Source of the DNA: an uncultured Acidobacteriota bacterium
GTDB taxonomy: Bacteria; Acidobacteriota; JAQAZP01
DNA length: 64,000 nt
Direction: 5' to 3'
NCBI GenBank assembly: GCA_963836075.1
Contig: CAWIIB010000001.1
Coordinates: 704,001-768,000 of the forward strand
The notes under the pieces were generated by a model. That model saw only the letters and a program-made list of their open reading frames with translations. It was not told where the DNA came from and did not search any database. Positions 1 through 9,586 of this stretch are shown here, in pieces (within the stretch, counting starts at the first letter, position 1; every line of letters begins with the position of its first letter). The position numbers and the translations under genes are program-made.

Positions 1-1810
1 TGGTACCGCCCATCGCGTTGTTGTAGACGGTGACGTTGTCGATCATCCAGCCGGAGTAGCTGGCAACCGAACTGTCGGAACCGAAGGCGAAGCGGATCTT
101 GACGTCAGTGTTCAGCCACATCGGATCGGTGAAGTCCCAGCAGTCGGTGACCCAGCCGCCGGAGTTGCCGGTGAAGCCGGCGCGGCCGGCAACCCAGGTG
201 CATCCTGCGGTGGCGGTGATCGTACCATCGGTGCCATCGAGAGGCTCGAAGTTGTAATACCAGAAGTCGTCGGTGGTGAACCAGACCACACCGCCGTCCC
301 AGCCGGTCTCGATGTCGTAGCACTGGTCGAAGCAGACGAATCCGCCCTTGTCGTCCATGGCGATGCCGGGGGTGTCGAGCAGCCAGCAGGCGTTGTTGAC
401 GTAGTCGCCGTTGAGGCCGGTGGCCCAGACGTTGCCGTCAGCCGTGTCGAAGCAGGGACCGTAAGTGGGGGCGCCCCACTCCCAGCCGCCGGTGCCGTCG
501 ACGATGAAGCCGCCGTCGTCGCCCTCGAAGTCCCAGATCACTTCGATGTTGGTGTAGCCCTGGATCATGCAGCACTCGTTGCTGCAGGACGAATCGGTAC
601 CCACAACGCCACAGACGTAGTAGCAGTGGTAGCCCTTCTCAACGGGGTCCACGACGATGGTGGTGGCCGTACCGCCGAGGGTGGCGACCAGGGTATCGTC
701 CTGGTAAACGAGGACGTTGTCGTAGGTGTCGTTGTTGACCCAGTTGAGCACCGCAGTGGTGCCAACGGATTCGCAGAGCAGGTCGGAGGGACCGGCGATG
801 CAGCTGATGTCCACGTCCAGCTGGAAGTCGCCGGAACCGCCGCCGGTGCGGCCGTCAACGATGATGTAGTAGGTCTCGGTCGTAGTGTCGCTGAAGCAGA
901 AGGTCTCGTCCATGCCGCCGGCCAGCCAGCCGCTGGCGCCGGCCACGCAGGTGCCATTGACATCGGCACAGTCGGTGACCATGTAAACGCCGCCGTTCCA
1001 GGTCATCGCGCTCTGATTCAGGGTGACACAGACTTCGCAGTTGGCCGGCAGGGTGACGGTGTAGGTAACGTCCTTGTCGGCATGGGCCAAACCGCCCACG
1101 CAGGCCGCGCTGCAGTCGTAGTCATTGGTGGCCAGGGAGGTGCTGCCGGTATACATGGTGGCGCCGGGGGTGCCCGGAATCACGATGGCGCCGGCACAGG
1201 TGTCGTTGGCCGGAGGCGGATCATCGGTGACCACCAGGTACGGCACGTTGGCGTCGAGGTGACCGTCGATCTCCAGGTAGTAGGTAGCAACGGTGTCACG
1301 GCTGGCAGCGCCAATGGTGAACCAGTCCTGGGTCAGGGCGGCCATCAGGTCGGCGTTGGCCGTGCCGCCGAGCACCAGCGCCTTCCAGCCGGGGGCATAG
1401 GTGCTGGCCTCGTTCTGGTAATTGTAGTAGCCGACCGATTTCTCAGCCTGGGCATCGTCCCACAGCGCCGCGGCGGTGGAGGGCAGGGGCACCGGGTTGA
1501 GGGCCACCGGAGTGACACTCCAGTAGGGATAGTAGGTCAGGTTGACGTAGAAGTTGAACTCAATGGCGGTGACCGCAGTTGCGTCGGGGATGCTGCTCAC
1601 GTCAAACTTGAAGTAACCGGTCTCCATCCTGGGGGTGCCGGTGGCGAGACCGCCATAGACCAGCGCTTCGTTATTGTTCTTGGAAGCGTAGTCGGTGTAA
1701 CCGGTGGTGTTGGTCTCCGTGGTGGGGTAGACCGTGTAGCTCGCGGCCATGGCGCCCGTGGCACCCAGCCCCAGAACCAGCAAAACAGCGATAAGATGTC
1801 TGATCCTCAT
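1..1810 (-). CDS. Large secreted Cys-rich modular protein (signal peptide; YFKFDVSSIP DNRLRE/CBM96-like domain; ANDTC/PPC-like module; immune-inhibitor-A/MAM-like jelly-roll domain); 3' end lies outside the window
   Basis: Hand translation from ATG 1810 (preceded by AGGAG): MRIRHLIAVLLVLGLGATGAMA-ASYTVYP... The frame stays open to the window edge with motifs GYFKFDVSSIPD, PPANDTCAGA, WEWGAPT, WATGLNGDY, IETGWDGG, RFAFGSDSSV, GWMIDNV. It is absent from the ORF track because there is no stop in the window. Confidence 0.85.
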   Translation of the reverse strand, partial: MRIRHLIAVLLVLGLGATGAMAASYTVYPTTETNTTGYTDYASKNNNEALVYGGLATGTPRMETGYFKFDVSSIPDATAVTAIEFNFYVNLTYYPYWSVTPVALNPVPLPSTAAALWDDAQAEKSVGYYNYQNEASTYAPGWKALVLGGTANADLMAALTQDWFTIGAASRDTVATYYLEIDGHLDANVPYLVVTDDPPPANDTCAGAIVIPGTPGATMYTGSTSLATNDYDCSAACVGGLAHADKDVTYTVTLPANCEVCVTLNQSAMTWNGGVYMVTDCADVNGTCVAGASGWLAGGMDETFCFSDTTTETYYIIVDGRTGGGSGDFQLDVDISCIAGPSDLLCESVGTTAVLNWVNNDTYDNVLVYQDDTLVATLGGTATTIVVDPVEKGYHCYYVCGVVGTDSSCSNECCMIQGYTNIEVIWDFEGDDGGFIVDGTGGWEWGAPTYGPCFDTADGNVWATGLNGDYVNNACWLLDTPGIAMDDKGGFVCFDQCYDIETGWDGGVVWFTTDDFWYYNFEPLDGTDGTITATAGCTWVAGRAGFTGNSGGWVTDCWDFTDPMWLNTDVKIRFAFGSDSSVASYSGWMIDNVTVYNNAMGGT

Positions 1811-2345
1811 TGCTTCTCCTGTGGAGTAGTTGCGACCCGGCGTTTCTCTGTGTGCCGGTGACGCATTACAGGGTTTGGGAACTTGCAACGAATCGGACGA
1901 AACGGTATCTCTAGGAACAACAGCCGCCTGTGCGTGTTCACCTCCTTTGTTTTCGTTCGTCATGCGACTGTTGGCGAGAAATAATTGATAAAACGGCTGA
2001 ACACAGCCGAAGAACAGGGATTTCCCTGCTCATGCTTCCCGCATGTAAAGGAATAAAAAGATGTCTTGTGCCGGGGGACTTGTGTCCGAGCACGGGAGAA
2101 ACAGCTTTCACTACAAAACCACACAGCTTTGTGAAATACGATTCCACCGGAGCGGGCGAGATGGACTGTTCCAGACGCAACTCCGGAAATACCGAGTAGG
2201 CTGACTATAGAACATTCCATGCAAAAATGCAAGCATTGTTCATCTTGGCCGGTTCGGCGTAATCCCCGGCACCCGCAGGCGATACCCGGCTTGGGGAACC
2301 TCAAGCGGCAGCCGTGCGTTATGTGTAGTAGCGGGAAGAGGGCCG

Positions 2346-2374
2346 TTGACAGCAAAGCGGCCCCGTGTTATATT
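2346..2374 (+). promoter_or_regulatory. sigma70-type promoter for the TonB-family gene
   Basis: TTGACA (2346-2351), 17 nt spacer, TATATT (2369-2374) with an extended -10 TG. Confidence 0.6.
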
Positions 2375-2461
2375 CTGTTTTGAGCATAACTCTAATCAGA
2401 TCAATGAATTCAAAGCGTTTCTCCTCCCCTGCGGGCGGAGATCGCCATCCGGAGATGCGTC

Positions 2462-3781
2462 ATGGCCCACGACCATCGAACAGACGACCAGGAGAGCCTC
2501 TTCCCCTCCGATGACGGCAAAGAACAGGAAGAACAGCGGGATGACCGCTCTGACCTCTCCTCCCAGGAGGAGCGGCTGCGCAATGGTGATATCTCGTTCC
2601 GACCGGTTTCGCTTCCCGGCTCGCCGCAGGAACCGGCGGCGAGCCGGGGCGGCAGCGGCGGCACCGCGCTGATGATCGTTGCCGCCATCATCGTGGTATT
2701 CCTGCTGACCTATGTCATCTACACCTTCTACTCCCCTTCCCACTCCGGGCAGGAGGAGGCCGCCACCGAACCGGCCGGGGTGCCCGCCGTGGAGGAAGAG
2801 GCTTCCACCTCCGACCGGGAGCGTGAGCGGTTGCCGGAGGAGCCGACGGCCATGTTCCAGGCCCACTCCGAGCTCCAGGAAAAATTCCGCCTGTCCGAAG
2901 TACGGATCGCCGAACTGGAGGCCGAGATCAGGACGCTGAGCGAAGCCAGCCCGGCCCCGGTCCCGGCGGGCGGGTCGGCAGCGGTGGACCAGAACCGTCT
3001 GGACCGGCTGGAGGAGGAGAACCGGACTCTGAAAGCCGGACTGGAACAGCAGCGCCGGGAGAGCGAATCGGCGGTGTCCAAAGCCGAACGGCTGGTGGAG
3101 CGGGCCGAAGCCCAGGTCACCGAGGAACGGGGCAAAACCCGTACCGCCCGGCAGGACGCCGAGACCCTGGCCGGGGAGAAGGCTGCCCTGACCGGGGAGC
3201 TGGACACCCTGAAAGAGCAGGTGGCCGAGCTGGAAGCAGAGCTGGCCCGGCGCAACGAGGAATACGAAATGTTGACCGCCAACGCCACCACCCGGCTGGA
3301 AGGAGAATCGGAGGCAGTGCGGCAACTGATCAGCCGGCACGCCACAGAACTGGAGCGGGAGCGGCAGGCAACCCGGGAGAAGGAGGCGGAGATCCGGCGC
3401 CTCAACGGGTTGATCGCCCGTCTATCGGTGGAGGAGACCGGCTCGGGGCGTCAGGCCAGCAGTAGCCCCCCGGCCGGCTCGTCTTCCACCGGTTCCGCCG
3501 GCGCCACCGACGCTCTCACCCCGCCCAGGATCCTCACCCGCAGCGCTCCGGAGTACCCCATGAACGCCCGTCGGCTGAAGGTGGAGGGAACCGTGCTGCT
3601 CAACGTGCTGGTGGGAACCAACGGCCTGGTGCGGGAAGTGAAGGTGCTGGAGGCAGACGGCGGCAAGCTGCTCTCCCCTGCCGCGGTGGAGGCCGTGCGG
3701 AAGTGGACCTTCACCCCGGCCACCCGCGGCGGACGGCCGGTGGAGTGCTGGCACAAGGTGCCGATCAGGTTTGCCCTCTGA
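2462..3781 (+). CDS. TonB family protein (single TM, long coiled coil, TonB C-terminal domain)
   Basis: TM segment ALMIVAAIIVVFLLTYVIY; E/R-rich heptads; C-terminal PEYPMNARRLKVEGTVLLNVLV...WTFTPA...VPIRF. Confidence 0.9.
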   Translation: MAHDHRTDDQESLFPSDDGKEQEEQRDDRSDLSSQEERLRNGDISFRPVSLPGSPQEPAASRGGSGGTALMIVAAIIVVFLLTYVIYTFYSPSHSGQEEAATEPAGVPAVEEEASTSDRERERLPEEPTAMFQAHSELQEKFRLSEVRIAELEAEIRTLSEASPAPVPAGGSAAVDQNRLDRLEEENRTLKAGLEQQRRESESAVSKAERLVERAEAQVTEERGKTRTARQDAETLAGEKAALTGELDTLKEQVAELEAELARRNEEYEMLTANATTRLEGESEAVRQLISRHATELERERQATREKEAEIRRLNGLIARLSVEETGSGRQASSSPPAGSSSTGSAGATDALTPPRILTRSAPEYPMNARRLKVEGTVLLNVLVGTNGLVREVKVLEADGGKLLSPAAVEAVRKWTFTPATRGGRPVECWHKVPIRFAL

Positions 3782-4259
3782 CCTCGGCGCTCAGGCGGTT
3801 GAAGGTCCCTTCCAGCGTTTCGGGCAACACCTTGGTCTCCCCGATCACCGCCATGGCGCTGGTGTCCCCGGTCCATCGCGGCACCAGGTGCATGTGCAGA
3901 TGGCCCACCACACCGGCACCGGCACAGGCTCCGATATTCAGGCCGATGTTCATCCCTTCCGGGCGATAGGACGCGAACAGGGCCTTTTCGGCCCGGGCAG
4001 TGGCTTCCATCAGCCCGGCCCGTTCCTCCACGGTGAGGTCCTCCAGCCGGGCCGCATGACGGTGCGGCGCCGCCATCAGGTGCCCGGAGTTGTAAGGGTA
4101 GCGGTTGAGCATGATCAGCATCCCGCCGCCGCGCCAGAGCACCAGGTTCTCGCGATCCATGTCCGCCTCCTCCCAGACCCGGCAGAAGAGGCAGCCCTTC
4201 TCCTTCTCCCCCTCGATATAGTTCATCCGCCAGGGTGTGTACATCTGATCGAAACCCAT
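3765..4259 (-). CDS. HIT family hydrolase (Ap4A phosphorylase/Fhit-like)
   Basis: YTPWRMNYI, CLFC, NRYPYNSGHLM, GAGVVGHLHMHLVPRW (HxHxH triad); start taken at MGFDQ. Confidence 0.93.
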   Translation of the reverse strand: MGFDQMYTPWRMNYIEGEKEKGCLFCRVWEEADMDRENLVLWRGGGMLIMLNRYPYNSGHLMAAPHRHAARLEDLTVEERAGLMEATARAEKALFASYRPEGMNIGLNIGACAGAGVVGHLHMHLVPRWTGDTSAMAVIGETKVLPETLEGTFNRLSAEVRGQT

Positions 4260-4261
4260 CT

Positions 4262-5401
4262 TCACACCCCCTTTCCGACCGCCGGTCCCCGGTCCCCCAG
4301 GAACGGCTCCAGCCGGGCCAGCAGCCTGGTGAACGCGGGCAGGTCCAGCTGCTGGCCGCTGTCGGAGAGGGCCTCCCGCGGCCGGTGGTGAACTTCCACC
4401 ATCAGGCCGTCGGCCCCGGCGGCCAGGGCCGCGCGGGAGACCGGCACAACGATATCCTTGCGGCCGGTGGAGTGGCTGACGTCCACCAGCACCGGCAGGT
4501 GGCTCTCCGTCTTGAGGATCGGCACCGCCGAGATGTCGAGGGTGTTGCGGGTCCAGCGCTCGAAGGTCCGGATGCCACGCTCGCAGAGGATGATCCGCTC
4601 GTTGCCCCGGTGGTAGACATACTCGGCGGCCTGCAGGAACTCCTCCAGGGTGGCCATGAACCCCCGCTTGATCAGCAGCGGCTTGCTGCAGCGGCCCAGC
4701 TCCTTGAGCAGTTCGTAGTTGAACATGTTGCGGGTTCCCACCTGCAGGATGTCGGCGTGATCGGCCACCAGTCCCACGTCTCGCGGGTCGAGGACCTCGG
4801 TCACGGTGAGCAGCCCGTGCTTGGCGGCCACCAGTTGCAGGATCTCCAGGCCGCGCTCCTTGAGCCCCTGGAAGCTGTAGGGCGAGGTCCGCGGCTTGAA
4901 CGCCCCGCCCCGCAGTACCCGGATCCCCAGCTTTTTCATCCGTCGGGCCACCCGGTCCAGTTGCTCGAAGCTCTCCACGGCGCAAGGGCCGGCCATGATC
5001 ACCGGCGGGCTGCTGCCGCCGATGGCCAGGTCGTCCACGCGCACCACCGTGTCCCGCTTGCGGTAACTGCGGCTGGTCTTGGCCACCACCCGGGCCAGCT
5101 CGTCGATGTGCCGGGCCGAGGCCTTGAAGATCTCCTTAAACAGCGCCGTGATCACCGCATCGGGGAAGGGCCCGCGGTTCTTCTTCAGGATCAGTTCCAG
5201 CATCATCGACTCGCGCAGCGGATCGTAGGTGACCAGCCCCTGTTCCTTCTTGATCTCGCCGATGCGCTGCACGGTGTCCGCCCGCCGGTTCAACAGATCC
5301 AGCAGCTCGAAGTTCAGACCGTTCACCTCCCGGCGCAGGGACTCGAGCTTGCCCGGGACCCGGGACACCCCGGATTTTTTCTTTCGCTTCTCCGCTGACA
5401 T
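4262..5401 (-). CDS. aroF: Bifunctional chorismate mutase / DAHP synthase (type I-beta)
   Basis: N-terminal AroQ-like LESLRREVNGLNFELLDLLNRR; AGPCAVES, GGAFKPRTSPYSFQG, LCERGIRTFE, DVSHSTG. Confidence 0.93.
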   Translation of the reverse strand: MSAEKRKKKSGVSRVPGKLESLRREVNGLNFELLDLLNRRADTVQRIGEIKKEQGLVTYDPLRESMMLELILKKNRGPFPDAVITALFKEIFKASARHIDELARVVAKTSRSYRKRDTVVRVDDLAIGGSSPPVIMAGPCAVESFEQLDRVARRMKKLGIRVLRGGAFKPRTSPYSFQGLKERGLEILQLVAAKHGLLTVTEVLDPRDVGLVADHADILQVGTRNMFNYELLKELGRCSKPLLIKRGFMATLEEFLQAAEYVYHRGNERIILCERGIRTFERWTRNTLDISAVPILKTESHLPVLVDVSHSTGRKDIVVPVSRAALAAGADGLMVEVHHRPREALSDSGQQLDLPAFTRLLARLEPFLGDRGPAVGKGV

Positions 5402-5406
5402 GAGCT

Positions 5407-6705
5407 CTACCCCTTTCCGTGGATCTCATTCCCCCTGCCGGCGCCGGCGCCCGGCTCCGGGTGGAGCATGAAGGGCAGATCCTTGCGAAACCCCAGCCTC
5501 GCCCGGATCCGGTCCAGCAGTCCCGGCGGGTCTCCGACCACCAGCCGTTCCACCTGGCCGCCGCCGGAGGCGAGACGCACCCGGCTGAACGGCCTGCCTG
5601 CCGCCTCGAACAGCGGCAGGTGCTCGGTCCGGCCCAGCAAGGGCCGGCCGCCGCACAGCAGCAGGTAAATGTCCGTCGCGCCGGCGTCAACCAGGGCGGC
5701 ATACGGATCGCCCACCGGCCCTTCCGGCGCCAAACAAAGAATGTCCGCCTGAAAACCCTCGGCCAGACGGCCCACCAGGCGCTCCATCCGCAGGGCGCGG
5801 GCCGCGTTGACCGTCACCATGCGGAAGAGTTCCCGGGCCGGCAACGCCTCCCCGTAGCGCTCATTGTAGCAGGTGCGGGCCACCCGCATCTCCTGCAGCA
5901 GTCCGGATGTTCCGGTGAACAGGGAGTCGGTGCCCAGGCAGACGTTCACCCCGGTCCGCCGCAACTGCCTGATGTCGGTGGTCTTGCCGAACATGAACAG
6001 GTTGGAACCGGGACACCAGGCAAGGCTGGCCCCCCGCCGGGCGGTCAGGGCTGCGTCCCGGGCGGTGAAGGCCACCCCGTGGATCAGCAGGGTGTGCGGC
6101 CCCAGGGCCCCGAGGGTGTCCAGTGTCTCCAACTCGGCCCGGGTCTCCGGATCGTGCCCCTCGCCAGCGTGAACCATGAACGGCTGGTCCCGGTCACCGG
6201 CCCGGGCATACTCCACCGCGGGCCCGTCCCCCCAGCGCAGCCGGAACGAGGCCACCGAGTGGGCCAGGCAGTATGGCGCCGCCACCCGCACCGGCATGGC
6301 ATGGAGATGGGGGGCTGAGATGTGCGGCGGAATGTGATCGGCCACGGTGGTGACCCCGGAGAGGATCGATTTCAGTCCGGCCAGCTGGTACACCGTGCCC
6401 GCGTCGATCATGTTCCGCTGCCGGAACACCGCTGACCGCTTGAGGTCGTTGTCCCAGTGCAGCCAGTTGAGATACGGGCCGAACCCCACCCGCGGCTGAA
6501 AGGTGCCGATGAGGTGGTCGTGGGCGTTGACCAGACCTGGATAGAGCAGCGCCGTGGGCGGCAGGGAGAGCGGGTACACGCCGTCCCCGGAATCAGCCGG
6601 GCCGTCCAGGGCCTCGATCAGCCCCAAAGCGCCGGCGCGAATCCGGCCGTTGGCCTGCGTCCCCTCCGCCGTGACACGAAGACCGTTGATCAGTTCCAGG
6701 ATCAC
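5407..6705 (-). CDS. Amidohydrolase family protein (MtaD/SsnA-like deaminase fold)
   Basis: PGLVNAHDH, VHAGEG, LIHG, LGTDS motifs; the start at GTG 6705 is an estimate. Confidence 0.85.
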   Translation of the reverse strand: MILELINGLRVTAEGTQANGRIRAGALGLIEALDGPADSGDGVYPLSLPPTALLYPGLVNAHDHLIGTFQPRVGFGPYLNWLHWDNDLKRSAVFRQRNMIDAGTVYQLAGLKSILSGVTTVADHIPPHISAPHLHAMPVRVAAPYCLAHSVASFRLRWGDGPAVEYARAGDRDQPFMVHAGEGHDPETRAELETLDTLGALGPHTLLIHGVAFTARDAALTARRGASLAWCPGSNLFMFGKTTDIRQLRRTGVNVCLGTDSLFTGTSGLLQEMRVARTCYNERYGEALPARELFRMVTVNAARALRMERLVGRLAEGFQADILCLAPEGPVGDPYAALVDAGATDIYLLLCGGRPLLGRTEHLPLFEAAGRPFSRVRLASGGGQVERLVVGDPPGLLDRIRARLGFRKDLPFMLHPEPGAGAGRGNEIHGKG

Positions 6706-6954
6706 GTCAGATAACCCCGCTCGATATACTGCCCACGTTCCCAAAAAGTATATTGGCGCACTCCGGGCCCCGTCAATTGACCGGCGGCGGGACCGCTTCC
6801 CATATTTTCCATCTGGATCGCTAATGAAAAGTCTTCCATCGGGCGATACGTTAGAGTGAGGTTGTTCGACCGGCCCGCCGGGAAGCCGGTTCAAAGCCGG
6901 CGAGCCCGGGGGTCAACGGCGGTATTTCTTCCGCCTGTTCTGTAGAGGGGCAGC

Positions 6955-7347
6955 ATGAAGGACACAGCGTCAACGGTTATCGATACCGGCCACAAGGACA
7001 TCACGGCCAGTGTCCGGAAAAGCCGCAGAAACAAGGCGCGGATGGAACTCAATGTGAAGGTCGAATACCGTACCCTCGACGCCGTGTTGTGGAACTTCTC
7101 CACCAACATCAACGAGGGCGGGATCTTCATCCGGTCCAACCGGCCCCAGCCGCCGGGAACCGTGGTTCACCTCCGCTTCTTTCTCCCCGACGTGCTCAAG
7201 GCGATCCATGTGGAGGGAGAGGTGGTCTGGTGCAACGACGACCCCCAGGCCGGGGAGTGCGGGATGGGTATCGAGTTCCATGAACTGCGCGGCGGGGACA
7301 AGCGGCTGATCGACCAGCTGATCACCGGTAAACGCATGGAGGACTGA
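6955..7347 (+). CDS. PilZ domain protein (TIGR02266-like; probable c-di-GMP receptor)
   Basis: RRNKAR (RxxxR), NINEGGIFI (D/NxSxxG-like), GEVVW, GMGIEF. Confidence 0.88.
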   Translation: MKDTASTVIDTGHKDITASVRKSRRNKARMELNVKVEYRTLDAVLWNFSTNINEGGIFIRSNRPQPPGTVVHLRFFLPDVLKAIHVEGEVVWCNDDPQAGECGMGIEFHELRGGDKRLIDQLITGKRMED

Positions 7348-7362
7348 GACCCGCCCGGGCGC

Positions 7363-8959
7363 TCACTCCTCTTCCCCCACCAGCAGCCGTGCCATGCCGC
7401 GGCAGCGCAGCCGCTCCTCCAGGACCCCGGTGGATCCGGCCGGCCGGCCGGCAAAGGGCCGCCCCAGATCATTCCAGGACCACGGTCTGTCCGCCCCCAG
7501 CAGCGTCTCCATCTCCTGCCCCAGCTGCGGCAGCACCGGTGTGAGCAGAATGGCCAGGTCGCGGCAGACGGACAGCACGGGGCTCGAGCCGTCCTGCGCC
7601 GCTCGAACCAGTTCCCGCACTCCGGCCAGCGCCCGCTGGCAATCGATCCGCGCGTAGGCCTCGCCGATGCCGGCATAGAGCTGGAGCAGCGCCTCGGGCA
7701 CCGGCGCCGTGGCGGACAACCTGCCGCTGCCACCCCCCGTCTCAAGGGATTCGCCGATGAACCGCAGGATCTGTCCCCCCAGTTCCTCGTTCACTCTGGC
7801 CGCTAACCGGCCCGGGCTGATGTCGATCTCCTCCAGCCCGGGGCCCATCCGGCTGGCCAGTGCATAGCGCAGGCACTCGGGGTCGGCGCCGGCCGCCAGG
7901 TTCCGGGCGATGATCCGCGGCCCGTGCCGGCCGGCCACCCGCCGGCCGTCCAGGTTGAGAAACCCCTGGGCCACGATCCTGTCGGGCAGGCTGAAATCGG
8001 CCCCCATCAGCATCGCCGGCCAGAACAGGGTGTGGAAGGCGATGATGTCCCGGCGGACGAACTGCACGATCTCGCTCTCCCCGTCGTGCCAGGTACGGTT
8101 CCCGTCCCGGCCCGGACCGGGGGCCGTGGCCCGCCGTGCCCGACAGGTAGCCCAGCGGGGCATCGAGCCAGACACAGAAGAATTTTTTTAGTTCCCCGGG
8201 AACCGGGAACCCGAAGTAGGGCCCGTCCCGGCTGATGCACCAGTCGTCCAGCCCCTCCCGCAGCCGGCCGGCCACCCACTGCTCCACTTCCGGCTGCAGC
8301 CCGCCGCCGGAGCGGACCCAGGAAGTCAGCCGGCCGGAGAACTCGCTGAGCCGGAAAAAGTAGTGGCGCGAGAGACGCTGCTCCGGTTCGGCCCCACAGG
8401 TCGGGCAGCGGGTCGACTGTGTGTGGGATGGGTGGTCGGTGCCGCTGCAGACCGGGCAGAGCATACCGTTGCGCACCGCGGCTCCGCACCCGGGACAGCG
8501 ACCGCGGTCAAAACGGTCGGGGAGGAAGCGGCGGCAGCAGCCGCAGTAGTCGAGGAGGACCTCCTTCTCGTAGATATACCCTTTTTCCTTCAGCCGGTTG
8601 AACACCAGCACACTCAGTTCCCGGTTGTTCTCGCCATGGGTGGAGCAGAAGGTGTCGAACTCGATGTGCAGCGAGCCAAAATCGTGCAGGTGCTCTTCGT
8701 GGTAGTGGTCGGCCAGCTGTTTCGGCGGCACCCCTTCGGCAGCGGCGCTCATCCGCACCTCGGTGCCGTGGCTGTCCGCGCCGCCGATGAAGATCGCCTC
8801 CCGTCCCGCCAGCCGCAGGAATCGGGCGTAGATGTCGGCCTGCAGGGCATCCACCAGCTGGCCCAGCATCAGGGGGCTGCTGGCGTAGGGGAAAGAGCTG
8901 GTCAGCAGGACCCTCCGCGACATCTCGGCGGAACTGTACGGCCGGGGGACGGCGGTCAT
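7363..8959 (-). CDS. Methionyl-tRNA synthetase paralog with degenerate catalytic motifs, split by a frameshift near 8095-8135
   Basis: Colinear with MetG (PYA, ADSHGT, FLPDRF, CxxC knuckles, ISRDGPYFGF, VWLDAPLGY, FHTLFWPAML, LRY, LTPVLP) across two overlapping ORFs; HIGH reads MLGQ and KMSKS reads RVAGR. Confidence 0.85.
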
Positions 8960-9073
8960 GGTACTTGATTCTCCGGTTCGGGTTTCTTCCTCGAGCGACG
9001 TATGGTATTACAACAGCTTGCCGCGGGTAAACCCGGGCCGGCCAGCGGCCCGCTGCTGCGGATTCGAGGCCCG

Positions 9074-9586
9074 ATGACCACACATGAAGATGATACCACC
9101 TGCCGCCTGCGGCCGTTCCGGCCCGACGACCTGCCGCAGCTGGTGCGGCTGGACCGCCGCTGTTTCTCCCCCGACATCGCCTACGACCACTCCGAGATGG
9201 TCTACCACCTCACCGCCCCCCGCCACACCTGTCTGCTGGCCGTCCCCCGGGACGACTCCACTCCCGCACTGCTCGGTTTCGTCATCGTTGCCGTGGGGAA
9301 AGCGAGCCGGGAGGGGCAGATCGTCACCATCGACGTGGACCCCGATGCCCGCCGCCGGGGCATCGGCCGGCGGCTGCTGCTGGCCGCGGAAAAGCTGCTG
9401 GCCGGCCGCCGCAACCGGTCGGTGCGGCTGCAGGTGGCCGAGGACAACGCCGGCGCCCAAAGGTTTTACGAGGAGATGGGCTACCAGCAGGCGGGGCGCC
9501 ACCCCGGCTATTACGCCGACGGGACCAACGCCATCGAGATGGTCAAGAAACTCAGCGCACCGGGAAACAGACGTAGCGCAGAATGA
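9074..9586 (+). CDS. GNAT N-acetyltransferase, RimI-like
   Basis: IVTIDVDPDARRRGIGRRLL (motif A), LQVAEDNAGAQRFYEEMGY, YYADGTNAIEM. Confidence 0.88.
   Translation: MTTHEDDTTCRLRPFRPDDLPQLVRLDRRCFSPDIAYDHSEMVYHLTAPRHTCLLAVPRDDSTPALLGFVIVAVGKASREGQIVTIDVDPDARRRGIGRRLLLAAEKLLAGRRNRSVRLQVAEDNAGAQRFYEEMGYQQAGRHPGYYADGTNAIEMVKKLSAPGNRRSAE

Noticed and set aside
1936-1950. TCACCTCCTTT, resembling the 16S rRNA 3' end, or a perfect SD (AAGGAGGTGA) on the minus strand
   Set aside because: No rRNA context, and no start codon at a usable spacing downstream on the minus strand.
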